Source: a virus
Lineage: Duplodnaviria; Caudoviricetes
Virus record (IMG/VR): IMGVR_UViG_3300046779_000458
Location: 1 to 36,626 of that record
Length of the DNA: 36,626 nt
Strand: one strand, 5' to 3'
In this document: positions 25,999 to 34,442 of the stretch, one piece after another
Position numbering within the stretch: the stretch's first letter is position 1
Layout: each line of letters opens with the position of its first letter
Made by a program: the position numbers and the translations under genes
Notes under the pieces: model-generated
Databases searched by the model: none
Told to the model about the DNA's origin: nothing
Seen by the model: only the letters and a program-made list of their open reading frames with translations

Positions 25999-26572
25999 TC
26001 TTATCCTTATACTTTTCAGTCCTAATACATACAATCATTGCAATTCTGTCTGATTTGCTGTTATTCTCTACCCAATGTGGATTTGAGTTATCAAACCACC
26101 ATGCTTGCCCATATTCTGGTTCAATGATTCCGTCATCAAAACAAAAGACAGAGCCTTTTTCATTTAAGACAGGCACATAAAACTTATCATAATACTGTGC
26201 ATGCCACCCAGAGTCAGTGTGTCGTGTAATAACTCCGCCAGCTGGTAGTTTAGTAATTAAAATACCGCCTAGTCTTTCTCCGTCAACAGCATACATCAAA
26301 TCAAAACAAACTTTCTTTATTGCTGGTATCTTTTCAATCACTGGATACCAAATCGAATCATGTTCTGATTCAAATCCTTTTAAATCGCCTTTTTCCTCAA
26401 ACGGCTTAATATCATTATATCTAGCCCAAATATCAGTCATTTGAGCATGGGGCGAATTATTAAAAGTTCTTCTATAATTATACTTATCAAATTCGTTATA
26501 ATGCTCTAGTAACTGCTTTTGTAATTCTGCGACATCTAATTTATCACAGGCTAGTTCATGACTCTTTGGCAT
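25982..26572 (-). CDS. Aspartyl/asparaginyl beta-hydroxylase-like 2OG-Fe(II) oxygenase
   Basis: HTD...WWFDNSNPHWVENNSKSDRIAMIV: HxD...H iron triad plus a downstream Arg. Confidence 0.85.
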   Translation of the reverse strand: MPKSHELACDKLDVAELQKQLLEHYNEFDKYNYRRTFNNSPHAQMTDIWARYNDIKPFEEKGDLKGFESEHDSIWYPVIEKIPAIKKVCFDLMYAVDGERLGGILITKLPAGGVITRHTDSGWHAQYYDKFYVPVLNEKGSVFCFDDGIIEPEYGQAWWFDNSNPHWVENNSKSDRIAMIVCIRTEKYKDKNAHRI

Positions 26573-26615
26573 TTTTACTTATAATCCGGTCTAATGATGA
26601 CAGGAATCTTTACCA

Positions 26616-26903
26616 CTAGAATCCTTCTGGTTTAGGAAACTTTGCTTTGACTTCTAAGCACTTTTGACGATACTCTTCTAGTGCTGCTGTGTCGTTCTTT
26701 ACCCAAGCATCTAGGAACTCGCCCATCTCTGGATAGCTATAAATCCGTTTACGATAGTAGTCTAAAGAATCAAACTCGGCTTGAGCGATTGCTTTTCCTA
26801 GTTCTTCTGCTTCTTGTTTAGTAATCTCAATTAAACCAGCAGGAACGGTTTGACCTTCATCAAAGCCAAATACTTTATTGTTAGAATCTTTGTAATGTTT
26901 CAT
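26616..26903 (-). CDS. Putative tail fibre chaperone
   Basis: Y..KR...YP...E.LDA and VKAKFPKP pattern; follows a fibre gene. Confidence 0.6.
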   Translation of the reverse strand: MKHYKDSNNKVFGFDEGQTVPAGLIEITKQEAEELGKAIAQAEFDSLDYYRKRIYSYPEMGEFLDAWVKNDTAALEEYRQKCLEVKAKFPKPEGF

Positions 26904-26911
26904 AACTATCC

Positions 26912-27688
26912 TTAATATAACTCCATCCAGTTTTGTACACTCTCACTAGCATTAAGCTGATAAGTCGCACCAGCAGGAACAATAATAAAAGTACCACCGT
27001 AAGCACCGCAACCGTTAAACTGCCAGCCATAATAAGCAATCTGCACGCCGTTTACATAGGCTGTAATCCTAGCACCAGTCGAGCAAGTTGTTGAAGCAGA
27101 CACAGCAATAGGATAAGAACGGCTATTAGTATAAGTAGAGTTAAAGCTACGAGACCCAGTCACATTATTCCAGACTTCGCCTCCAATACCTAATCCTTTT
27201 ACAGAAGCTGGAGCAGTAGATTGCCAAGTAGTTCCATTAGAAGTTAATACATTACCGTTAGAGCCGGGAGCAACGGTCTGAACGGCTGAAGTGCCGTTAC
27301 CGAGTAGTACAGCATTAGCAGCTAATGTTGATACACCAGTACCGCCGTCAGCAACTGCTAAGTCAGTAATACCAGTTATAGTACCGCCAGTGATAGCGAC
27401 TGAACTAGCATTCTGTGCAGCCATCGTCCCGATAGTGCCTAGGTTTGTTATTTCAGTTCTAACATAAGCAGTAGTAGCAATCTGCGTAGTATTTGTTGTT
27501 GCCGCTGCCGTAGGAGCAGTCGGAGTACCGGTTAAGGCTGGACTATTAGTATCTGCTTTAGATGAAATAGCTGAGGCTACTGCAGTTAATTCAGTATCAA
27601 TCTCAGCTCCTCTAATAATCTTACCGGAGTTACCAGACGGTAAACTATCCTTAGCTGTGAAGTTAGTTGCCTTTACATAATTTGACAT
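26912..27688 (-). CDS. Short tail fibre/needle protein
   Basis: SPALTGTPTAPTA..TQIATTAYV, LAVADGGTG and NGNVLTSNGTTW fibre motifs. Confidence 0.8.
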   Translation of the reverse strand: MSNYVKATNFTAKDSLPSGNSGKIIRGAEIDTELTAVASAISSKADTNSPALTGTPTAPTAAATTNTTQIATTAYVRTEITNLGTIGTMAAQNASSVAITGGTITGITDLAVADGGTGVSTLAANAVLLGNGTSAVQTVAPGSNGNVLTSNGTTWQSTAPASVKGLGIGGEVWNNVTGSRSFNSTYTNSRSYPIAVSASTTCSTGARITAYVNGVQIAYYGWQFNGCGAYGGTFIIVPAGATYQLNASESVQNWMELY

Positions 27689-27697
27689 ATTAGTTCC

Positions 27698-29323
27698 TTA
27701 AACTACAGTTTTTCCTCGTTTAATTGCCACATCAATCTTTTGAATTGACAATGGATTACCATTAATATCGGCTTCTAAGCCTAACTGCATTACTGTTCCT
27801 TGTCCGCCTGCATTAACGGAGAAACGATCTAAAACAATTCCAGATGAATACTCAGCGATGTTATATTCACCAATACCGTATTCATATACGACAGCGGTAT
27901 CAAGGTTATAAGTCGTTGCTTGATAGCCTTCGGTATAATCAAATCCCCACTTTACCGCTACGGACTGATTAGTTCCGCCTATTAATACCCAGCCAATCTT
28001 CTTTAGAATCTTTAGTGCTGTTGCAGCATCAAAGTCAAAGTAATTAGTAAAATACTGTAACCGGTAAGCTACTCCATTATCGGAATGTCCGTAATATTTA
28101 CCGATATAACCGGGTTTGCCGATTAACAAGTTTCTATCTTGTGTTACAGTAAAAGCCTTTGGCTCTAAATTATCCCAAATTGTTACTCGCATAGAGCCGT
28201 CTTGTAACGGCGCACGAGTATCGAAGCAGTATACAAACTTGGTTGTCGGTAGCGTTAAAAGATAAATTGCATCTCTTTCGTAATAAATACTTTTGATCTT
28301 TGTCAAGTCTGTTTCAGAAGCCACTGCTGACATCAATTCATCACGAACATTCTTAGAGATGTCTCGCATCGGTAGCGATTTCTCTTGAATGACTCGCTGT
28401 AGACTACGCACACCAGCATCCGATAAAAACAACACATCTGTTCCCATGCTCTGTACCGAATCACGAGCAATACAGCCCACATTGGCAATTACTTCTACTA
28501 AGGTCAATGAAGCAGTGTCTAACGGATTAGCGTATATTGCTGTATTCTTTTTACCAAAAAAGATAATATAGCCGTTATGTGCTGCAGCAGCTACTACAGG
28601 GTCTCCGTTAGGAAGAACTTCTTGTAGGTTTAAATAACCAGCAGAGCCGTTTAAGAAGTCTGTACCAGCTAATAAGTCACTGAAGTAAACAGTCTGTGTA
28701 TCGCCTGTAATACCGCCACACCAGATTCTACCGTAAGCGGATAATACCCAGCTTGGCGCAAAGGTAGAAGTACTGTGATTCGACGGCAGCTTTGCGTCAT
28801 CTCCGACACGCTGAAAACCGTATGTCCCGCTATCGTGGGCATCGAAAGCACCGCCAGACACAGGCAGCTCATGCCACACTAACATAGGATGCCCAGCCTG
28901 AGCCAGATACACATGGGGCTGAAAGTCGCTTACATCTCCGTAAGACAATGCAGCCCCTTGCCAGTTATTTGCCGTAATCGTGTAAGCGGCATCGCCGCTA
29001 TTGGTTGCATTACGAACTGTCTTAGTAGTCATCGTAGTTGTGCCTACGAATAACTTATTATTACCAGCACTTAGTACCTCAGTACCACCGCCAGTGACTA
29101 CTTCAAATAAAAACTCTACTGGATTGGCAGCGCCTAAGTCAGTATTGACTGTCGTATTAAGTGGGGTCCATCCTCGTCTTGCACCAATACGCCCGTACTT
29201 GTCAATCACACAGTTCTGAGCTTTTAAGGCAAAGCCAGAAGACAGAGTAATACTTGACTCTTGTGTGTTTAATCCGTAGAAGCCCGGTGCAGCAATAGAT
29301 GCTGTCTGTAATTGACTAGCCAT
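27698..29323 (-). CDS. Tail nozzle / tubular protein B-like
   Basis: 541 aa, beta-rich, GCIARDSV..LFLSD.G motif; follows the adaptor gene. Confidence 0.75.
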   Translation of the reverse strand: MASQLQTASIAAPGFYGLNTQESSITLSSGFALKAQNCVIDKYGRIGARRGWTPLNTTVNTDLGAANPVEFLFEVVTGGGTEVLSAGNNKLFVGTTTMTTKTVRNATNSGDAAYTITANNWQGAALSYGDVSDFQPHVYLAQAGHPMLVWHELPVSGGAFDAHDSGTYGFQRVGDDAKLPSNHSTSTFAPSWVLSAYGRIWCGGITGDTQTVYFSDLLAGTDFLNGSAGYLNLQEVLPNGDPVVAAAAHNGYIIFFGKKNTAIYANPLDTASLTLVEVIANVGCIARDSVQSMGTDVLFLSDAGVRSLQRVIQEKSLPMRDISKNVRDELMSAVASETDLTKIKSIYYERDAIYLLTLPTTKFVYCFDTRAPLQDGSMRVTIWDNLEPKAFTVTQDRNLLIGKPGYIGKYYGHSDNGVAYRLQYFTNYFDFDAATALKILKKIGWVLIGGTNQSVAVKWGFDYTEGYQATTYNLDTAVVYEYGIGEYNIAEYSSGIVLDRFSVNAGGQGTVMQLGLEADINGNPLSIQKIDVAIKRGKTVV

Positions 29324-29980
29324 TTAAATCCAGTTCCACTGGGTTTCTTCGATATAACGATTCGACTCTAACGAGATTGCATCCGATAAACTTTGGCGAT
29401 AAAGCGAGTAAGTCTCACCGGACTGTACACCTCCATCTTCACCACGCTCTGCTTGCGCCCTAGCCAATGCACCAAGAATGACTGGCTCATGCGGAACCAA
29501 TAAAGTATCAGCGTTGTTTACAAGCGGCTCTTGTGGCTTTATAATGTTAAAACGAAGATTATAAGTCCCATTTGGAATAGGAAATAAATCCACTTGAGTA
29601 TCGCCGTTGTTGTCGGTTCCATTAAAGTTATAGTATTTAGGGCTGCCTTTCTGCGGGGTTGTCAACAAAAACTGTTGATCCATCCACACGGTAGGAGCGT
29701 TTTCAACAAAGAAGTTATCGGTGTCGTTTAGAACATCAATAACACGAAATCTCTGTCCTGAGCCAACAAGGACATAGTTAAATACATCGGCAGTAGTTGT
29801 TGCCGATAATGTTTCAGTCAACGAATTCCAGTTGTAGGAGTCCTCAACCATCCGCTTAGAGTCATTGACAAAGCGAGCAATCAGTTTTACATAAGCGTTA
29901 TCCGAGACAGAAGAAGCCTCTGGCTCACGCAAGCGGATTAAGACATCATTAACGAGCTGGATATAATTATACGAAGCCAT
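29324..29980 (-). CDS. Head-tail adaptor / tubular protein A-like
   Basis: YIQLVNDVLIRLRE, G.P.YY and LFPIP motifs; 218 aa. Confidence 0.75.
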   Translation of the reverse strand: MASYNYIQLVNDVLIRLREPEASSVSDNAYVKLIARFVNDSKRMVEDSYNWNSLTETLSATTTADVFNYVLVGSGQRFRVIDVLNDTDNFFVENAPTVWMDQQFLLTTPQKGSPKYYNFNGTDNNGDTQVDLFPIPNGTYNLRFNIIKPQEPLVNNADTLLVPHEPVILGALARAQAERGEDGGVQSGETYSLYRQSLSDAISLESNRYIEETQWNWI

Positions 29981-29985
29981 GCGTT

Positions 29986-30014
29986 ATCCTATCATATTTT
30001 GACTATTTTGTCAA
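29986..30014 (-). promoter_or_regulatory. sigma70-type promoter of the tail genes
   Basis: TTGACA-17 nt-TAGGAT with extended TG; the ATG follows after 5 nt. Confidence 0.75.
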
Positions 30015-30022
30015 GTAAAATC

Positions 30023-30268
30023 TTAACAATCCCACTTCTTTAGAGCCAGTGCTTTGCGGGTAGGTCTGCCTTTGCTATCCTTCATAGGACCGGGAACACC
30101 GCTCATCCTTGCACAGAAGCTCTTTCGCCTTTTGGCTGCTTTAGGGGACTTTTGAGCCTCTTTTGCCGAAACTGGGGGTTTGAGGTTAGCGCCTTCAGTT
30201 CGCTTGAAATAAGCCCTTCCTTTGGCGTTTAAACCGCCTTCTTTGTTTTGGAACTCTTTTCTAGGCAT
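30023..30268 (-). CDS. Small basic protein (GGLNAKGR...RRKSFCARM type)
   Basis: 81 aa, K/R-rich, ends WDC. Confidence 0.8.
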   Translation of the reverse strand: MPRKEFQNKEGGLNAKGRAYFKRTEGANLKPPVSAKEAQKSPKAAKRRKSFCARMSGVPGPMKDSKGRPTRKALALKKWDC

Positions 30269-30815
30269 TTGATGCCTCCATCACCGCTTTACAAAGGTTT
30301 AAAAAATCATGGACAGTTAAATCGTGTTTTGCCACATTTGCTGCTCTGCACACTAACTGAACATTTCCGGGTACATATCCAAGACGGGAATCTATTCTAT
30401 CAATACTACAGTTTGTTGGAATAACTCCGGACCCTAGTTCAGTCGTCATATCCCATCCAGTTAAAGCACATTTTCCTTCCTGAGCAAACCATAAAGTCTC
30501 AAGAGCATCTACAGAAATACACTCTTTTTTTCGTTGTACTGCTTTTCCTCTTAAATACGATAAATAAGACCGTACCGTTTGTGTTCTTTTATATGCAGTA
30601 AATTGTAGCTTTTCTGGACCCCATGTTTTCTTGTGGTATTCCGCCTGTTTTACTGAAATACATTTTTTACACCAAGAAGAATATTTTGGTTTATTAATTA
30701 AAGTTTGTTTTTTATATCTAACAAAATTATCTTCAACTGATTTCCATTCAGTGCATTTTGGACATCTTTTTTGTAAGATGTTATCTACTTCTTTCCAGAC
30801 ACTTGGATTTGGCAT
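30261..30815 (-). CDS. Free-standing Zn-finger HNH-type endonuclease
   Basis: CPKC..CKKC, CALTG, SIDRIDS..GY..GNVQLVC...N..K. Confidence 0.85.
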   Translation of the reverse strand: MPNPSVWKEVDNILQKRCPKCTEWKSVEDNFVRYKKQTLINKPKYSSWCKKCISVKQAEYHKKTWGPEKLQFTAYKRTQTVRSYLSYLRGKAVQRKKECISVDALETLWFAQEGKCALTGWDMTTELGSGVIPTNCSIDRIDSRLGYVPGNVQLVCRAANVAKHDLTVHDFLNLCKAVMEASNA

Positions 30816-31003
30816 TATACATTACTCTTGAGGTTAACTTCGAGACAGGCTATCTCAGTTTCCAAACCTTGTTCTCTGGCATACTTATCCCATTGACGCA
30901 CCGCAGCTTGGCACTGCTCGATCTTGTCGAAAGTGTCATTAATCTTCAGGAAGTAACACCCACCGTTAGCGCAGAAAAACAACACTCCAACAAAGAAACT
31001 CAT
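30815..31003 (-). CDS. Hypothetical protein
   Basis: 62 aa, ATGA and TAATG coupling on both sides, four Cys. Confidence 0.65.
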   Translation of the reverse strand: MSFFVGVLFFCANGGCYFLKINDTFDKIEQCQAAVRQWDKYAREQGLETEIACLEVNLKSNV

Positions 31004-31158
31004 TTTTTACCTTTCTTAGCCGTTTTAGCGGCATCTCTGAAGTCTTTAGCCGTTGGCGCACCTTTAGTGCCGGGCTTACGCATCTTCTCGCCCGATCCGG
31101 CAGCGATACGACGACGCTTAGCTGCGATATTGGCATAGAGTCCGGGTTTAGTAGCCAC
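31000..31158 (-). CDS. Small basic protein (KPGLYANI..KR type, 52 aa)
   Basis: GTG start overlapping the upstream gene end; K/R/A-rich. Confidence 0.75.
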   Translation of the reverse strand: MATKPGLYANIAAKRRRIAAGSGEKMRKPGTKGAPTAKDFRDAAKTAKKGKK

Positions 31159-31282
31159 GCTTAGCACCCATCTTCTTAGCTGGTTTTGACATGACTTTAG
31201 CACCAGTCTTCTGAGCATACTGCTTAGCTTCTTTCTTACCTTTAGCAGTGTAGGGGAACTTCTTGTCTTTTACCATTGGCAT
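31148..31282 (-). CDS. Small basic protein (44 aa)
   Basis: MPMVKDKKFPYTAKGKKEAKQYAQKTGAKVMSKPAKKMGAKRGY; AAAGGA SD. Confidence 0.75.
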   Translation of the reverse strand: MPMVKDKKFPYTAKGKKEAKQYAQKTGAKVMSKPAKKMGAKRGY

Positions 31283-31283
31283 A

Positions 31284-31427
31284 TTACTTTCCTTTCTTCT
31301 TGGGTTTAGGAACTTTAGCGGTCTGTAAAGCGATCGCTACAGCTTGCTTCTGAGGACGACCCTCTTTTACTAACTTCGATATATTCTTACTGATAGTCTT
31401 CTGGGACTTACCTTTGGCGAGTGGCAT
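31284..31427 (-). CDS. Small basic protein (47 aa)
   Basis: [34 protein letters not shown]...; AGGAG SD. Confidence 0.75.
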   Translation of the reverse strand: MPLAKGKSQKTISKNISKLVKEGRPQKQAVAIALQTAKVPKPKKKGK

Positions 31428-31436
31428 CTAAGACTC

Positions 31437-31784
31437 CTATAAGAACTGTTGTACGGTACTGCGTTGCTCTAGTTCTACGGTGATAATACAAGTCGTTGTA
31501 GATCCTGTCTCAGACTGTACACGAATTTCATCACCTTCGTCTAGAATTACTTCTGAACCATCGAACTTTAAGAAGTTTTTAGCAGTAAGCTGATATTCAA
31601 ACACCACTTCAATCTCAGTGTTTTCACTGGAGTCGTACCACCAGCAAGTAAACCACTTAGCAGAAGCACTATGGTTCGCTGCGAAGAGCAAACTCCAACG
31701 AGCTATGTTCCTAGTTGGAACAGTAAACATTGTAGTCTTAGTATTCGCTACTAAGTCTTTACCTACGGAATGTGGTCTACTCAT
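31437..31784 (-). CDS. Putative virion structural protein
   Basis: 115 aa, beta-rich with an ILDEGDEIRV motif. Confidence 0.6.
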   Translation of the reverse strand: MSRPHSVGKDLVANTKTTMFTVPTRNIARWSLLFAANHSASAKWFTCWWYDSSENTEIEVVFEYQLTAKNFLKFDGSEVILDEGDEIRVQSETGSTTTCIITVELEQRSTVQQFL

Positions 31785-31987
31785 TTCTTAAATACCAGTT
31801 CAGCCAGCCAAGTAATAAAACCACCAAAGACTGAGGCAGCTCCCATGATAGCCCACAAAGATCCTTTAGATCTCTCAGCCATTGCTACGAGTTTCTTGAT
31901 GTCGTACTCCATTGTACTGACTTTAGATTCTAAGTTCTCAACAGCTTGAACTAGCTTGCCGTATTCTACTGGATCGATGTCTGCCAT
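31781..31987 (-). CDS. Coiled-coil protein with C-terminal TM (holin-like architecture)
   Basis: Start MADIDPVEYG; heptads then GSLWAIMGAASVFGGFITWLA. Confidence 0.65.
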   Translation of the reverse strand: MADIDPVEYGKLVQAVENLESKVSTMEYDIKKLVAMAERSKGSLWAIMGAASVFGGFITWLAELVFKK

Positions 31988-31991
31988 GATA

Positions 31992-32150
31992 TTATTCTTC
32001 TTCTGCTGGTAGTGGAGTATTACCTTCTTCAAGCCATTTTAGGTAGGCTTGGTAGTCGGTGTTGGCTGGGTCAAATGGGATGCAAGCATTGTCTAATAAA
32101 CGCTGAACAGAATTTGATAATTCACCACGAATTTTAATTTGTTTATACAT
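31992..32150 (-). CDS. Putative tail fibre chaperone (52 aa)
   Basis: IPFDPANTDYQAYLKWLEEGNTP motif, directly after the long fibre gene. Confidence 0.75.
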   Translation of the reverse strand: MYKQIKIRGELSNSVQRLLDNACIPFDPANTDYQAYLKWLEEGNTPLPAEEE

Positions 32151-32152
32151 AA

Positions 32153-34345
32153 TCATAATTCCGCAGAAATTTGAAATGATTGATTAACACGAATGCCAGC
32201 CAAAATTGCTGTACCACCAGAAACACCAGTTACATCATGCGACCATTCAAAACTCTTTGTATTAATAACTCCAGCCGCAGGAGAACCAGTATAGGTAGTC
32301 AAAGCACCAGCACCAGTTGCATAGCATTCTAATAAAGTGTTTCCTGTTGCTGAAAAAGTTATTGTCGGTGCAGCTCTTTTTTCAACCATATAAAACAATC
32401 TGCCGTAAATAGTTGTTCCGTTGTAGAGTTGTGCTGTTTGTAAAGCAAATGATTGTGCTGTATTTATCCATCTTTCATAGTATCTTTGGCAAAGCTGTAA
32501 TTCAGTTCCATACGGTCTGTAATCAAAGCTAGTAGCGGTAGAGCCTACTTCGAGTTGAACACCAGTAATGTAGAAGGTTGCTCCGTTAGTTCCTACTACG
32601 GATGTTGCACCTGTGGCGGCATATATTTCACCAGCACCCCATGCATTAGCAGTAGCACTAAATGTTGAGCCTGAGCCTAAGTTAAAGAACAACCAAACAC
32701 CAATACCATTAGTTGTCAGCCATGTTCCGCTTGTATCGCCAGCAACAGTAATAGTCTTGTATTCCCAAGTATTGGCGGCAGAGATTGTGTATGTTGCTGG
32801 ATAACTTCTTGCTTGCGATGCGTTAGATAAAGTTACTGAAAAAGTTCCTGTTAAAGAACTACGCACCCAAAAAGAAACAGTTACAGTTTTAGCGTTGGCT
32901 GTTCCCCAGCCTAAATCAGTTACATTTAATCCCTCAACAGCCTGTGCAAAAGAGAAAATGTCGCTAGATACTACTGAATAAGCAGACAAAGATGTAATAC
33001 CAGCATAATTTATAAAACCAACTGGTGGTGTTACAGAACCAGCATTTTGCTGAATACTAAACTTAGATGATTGAGTTAATATTGTTTTCCATCTATCTAA
33101 ATTATAGATACCACTTGCAGTAGGAGTAGTGCTAGCACCAGCATTACGCTGGTCGATGACCATCGCACCGTTGATGATGCGGTTCTTAAATCCAAAAGTG
33201 TTGTTAGTATTTACTGATGTTGCAGTAATAGTTCCGTTGACTTGAAGCGGCGCAGTTGGCGTAGTCGTTCCAATCCCAACATTGCCACTAGAGTCAATAC
33301 GCATACGCTCTGTTGGACTACCGGCATTCGGCGTAGTTCTAAAAGTTAAGTTTGAACCAGAACCATGATAAGAAGTAAACTGGGCAACTTGGGCGCTGGG
33401 GAAAGAAATTGCTAGTTCGTGCGTTTGACCAGCATTTTGCATCGTAATAGCATCATTACCAACAATATTTAACCTTGAGCTGGCGCTTGCTCCTCCTAAT
33501 TGGGTGTTTCCATTAGAGTCAATTCGAAGACGAACTGTACCGCCTGTCGCTAACCCAATGCTGTCTGCGGCGGGGAAATATAATCCAGTATTGGTATCAG
33601 TCGATCGACGTAAAGCAGGAGAAGCTGCGGTTCCGTCAGAGCCTATATCGATAGGACCGGCTGCCGTAAATGCACCGGTAACATTTAAACTTGTAACAGT
33701 TCCGCCAACAATAGATGCCGCTTGCCAAGAAGACCCATTCCAAACTCTTAGTTCATTTGAAACGGTATTAAAATACTGATCTCCAGTTGTTAAAGCATTA
33801 CCATCATTATCAACTGTAGGATTGCTAGACTTTGCGCCTAAGTAAATATCATCGAATTGATCAAAAGCCGCTTCTGCAGCCGTTTGTGCTGCTTGAGCAG
33901 CCGTAGCGCTATTCGATGCTGCTGTTGCAGAACTCGAAGCATTACTTGCTGAAGTCGATGCAGCAGATGCAGAAGAAGCAGCGTTACTCGCAGAAGTCGA
34001 TGCAGCAGATGCAGAAGAAGCAGCGTTACTAGCAGATGTAGAAGCCGCACTAGCTGAACTGGCGGCATTGGAAGCTGAAGTAGATGCAGCAGATGCAGAA
34101 GAAGCAGCGTTCGTAGCGGCAGTCTCAGCGTTAGTTTCTGCTGTTTCTGCATTCGTCTCAGCAGTTTCAGCATTAGTCTCTGCTGTTTCTGCATTGGTTT
34201 CTGCTAATTCCGCAGCAGCTTGAGCAGCTTCAGCAGCTACTTGTGCAGCGATCGCAGCGTCTTTGGCTGCTAATGCTAATAATACTTCACTTGCTGCGTC
34301 ATTAACAGCATCACCCGGACCGCCGGGACCACGATAAATAGCGAT
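32153..34345 (-). CDS. Long tail fibre (730 aa), apparent non-canonical ATC start
   Basis: Frame is open for 301 codons upstream of track ORF 32153-33442: IAIYRGPGGPGD, Ala/Ser heptad repeats, FDDIYLGAK, ERMRIDSSGNVGIGT, FKNRIINGAM, ELQLCQRYY. Confidence 0.85.
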   Translation of the reverse strand: MAIYRGPGGPGDAVNDAASEVLLALAAKDAAIAAQVAAEAAQAAAELAETNAETAETNAETAETNAETAETNAETAATNAASSASAASTSASNAASSASAASTSASNAASSASAASTSASNAASSASAASTSASNASSSATAASNSATAAQAAQTAAEAAFDQFDDIYLGAKSSNPTVDNDGNALTTGDQYFNTVSNELRVWNGSSWQAASIVGGTVTSLNVTGAFTAAGPIDIGSDGTAASPALRRSTDTNTGLYFPAADSIGLATGGTVRLRIDSNGNTQLGGASASSRLNIVGNDAITMQNAGQTHELAISFPSAQVAQFTSYHGSGSNLTFRTTPNAGSPTERMRIDSSGNVGIGTTTPTAPLQVNGTITATSVNTNNTFGFKNRIINGAMVIDQRNAGASTTPTASGIYNLDRWKTILTQSSKFSIQQNAGSVTPPVGFINYAGITSLSAYSVVSSDIFSFAQAVEGLNVTDLGWGTANAKTVTVSFWVRSSLTGTFSVTLSNASQARSYPATYTISAANTWEYKTITVAGDTSGTWLTTNGIGVWLFFNLGSGSTFSATANAWGAGEIYAATGATSVVGTNGATFYITGVQLEVGSTATSFDYRPYGTELQLCQRYYERWINTAQSFALQTAQLYNGTTIYGRLFYMVEKRAAPTITFSATGNTLLECYATGAGALTTYTGSPAAGVINTKSFEWSHDVTGVSGGTAILAGIRVNQSFQISAEL
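33940..34204 (-). repeat. Coding tandem repeats in the fibre stalk
   Basis: About four 21-nt units (AETNAET) followed by about four 42-nt units (NAASSASAASTSAS). Confidence 0.85.
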
Positions 34346-34402
34346 AGATTTACCCTACCTTCCTAGACTTGATTTCCTTAAAGACACTCAGTGAATGTAT
34401 TT

Positions 34403-34433
34403 AAGAAAACCCCCAGCCGAAGCTGGGAGTCTT
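34403..34433 (-). terminator. Terminator after the capsid gene
   Basis: ACTCCCAGC-TTCG-GCTGGGGGT followed by TTTCTT. Confidence 0.85.
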
Positions 34434-34442
34434 GAAGCCTAA

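Noticed and set aside
33838-34194. Track ORF of 118 aa rich in Leu/His/Gln
   Set aside because: Alternative-frame shadow of the fibre's Ala/Ser repeats.
33940-34204. CRISPR-like array or DGR repeat pair
   Set aside because: Units are contiguous multiples of 3 nt encoding heptads; there are no spacers, cas genes or reverse transcriptase.
34355-34387. Amber read-through or genetic-code reassignment from the GTG at 34387
   Set aside because: TAG ends several well-packed genes (26616, 30261, 31437, 12780), no suppressor tRNA is seen, and that GTG has no SD and lies within a hairpin.
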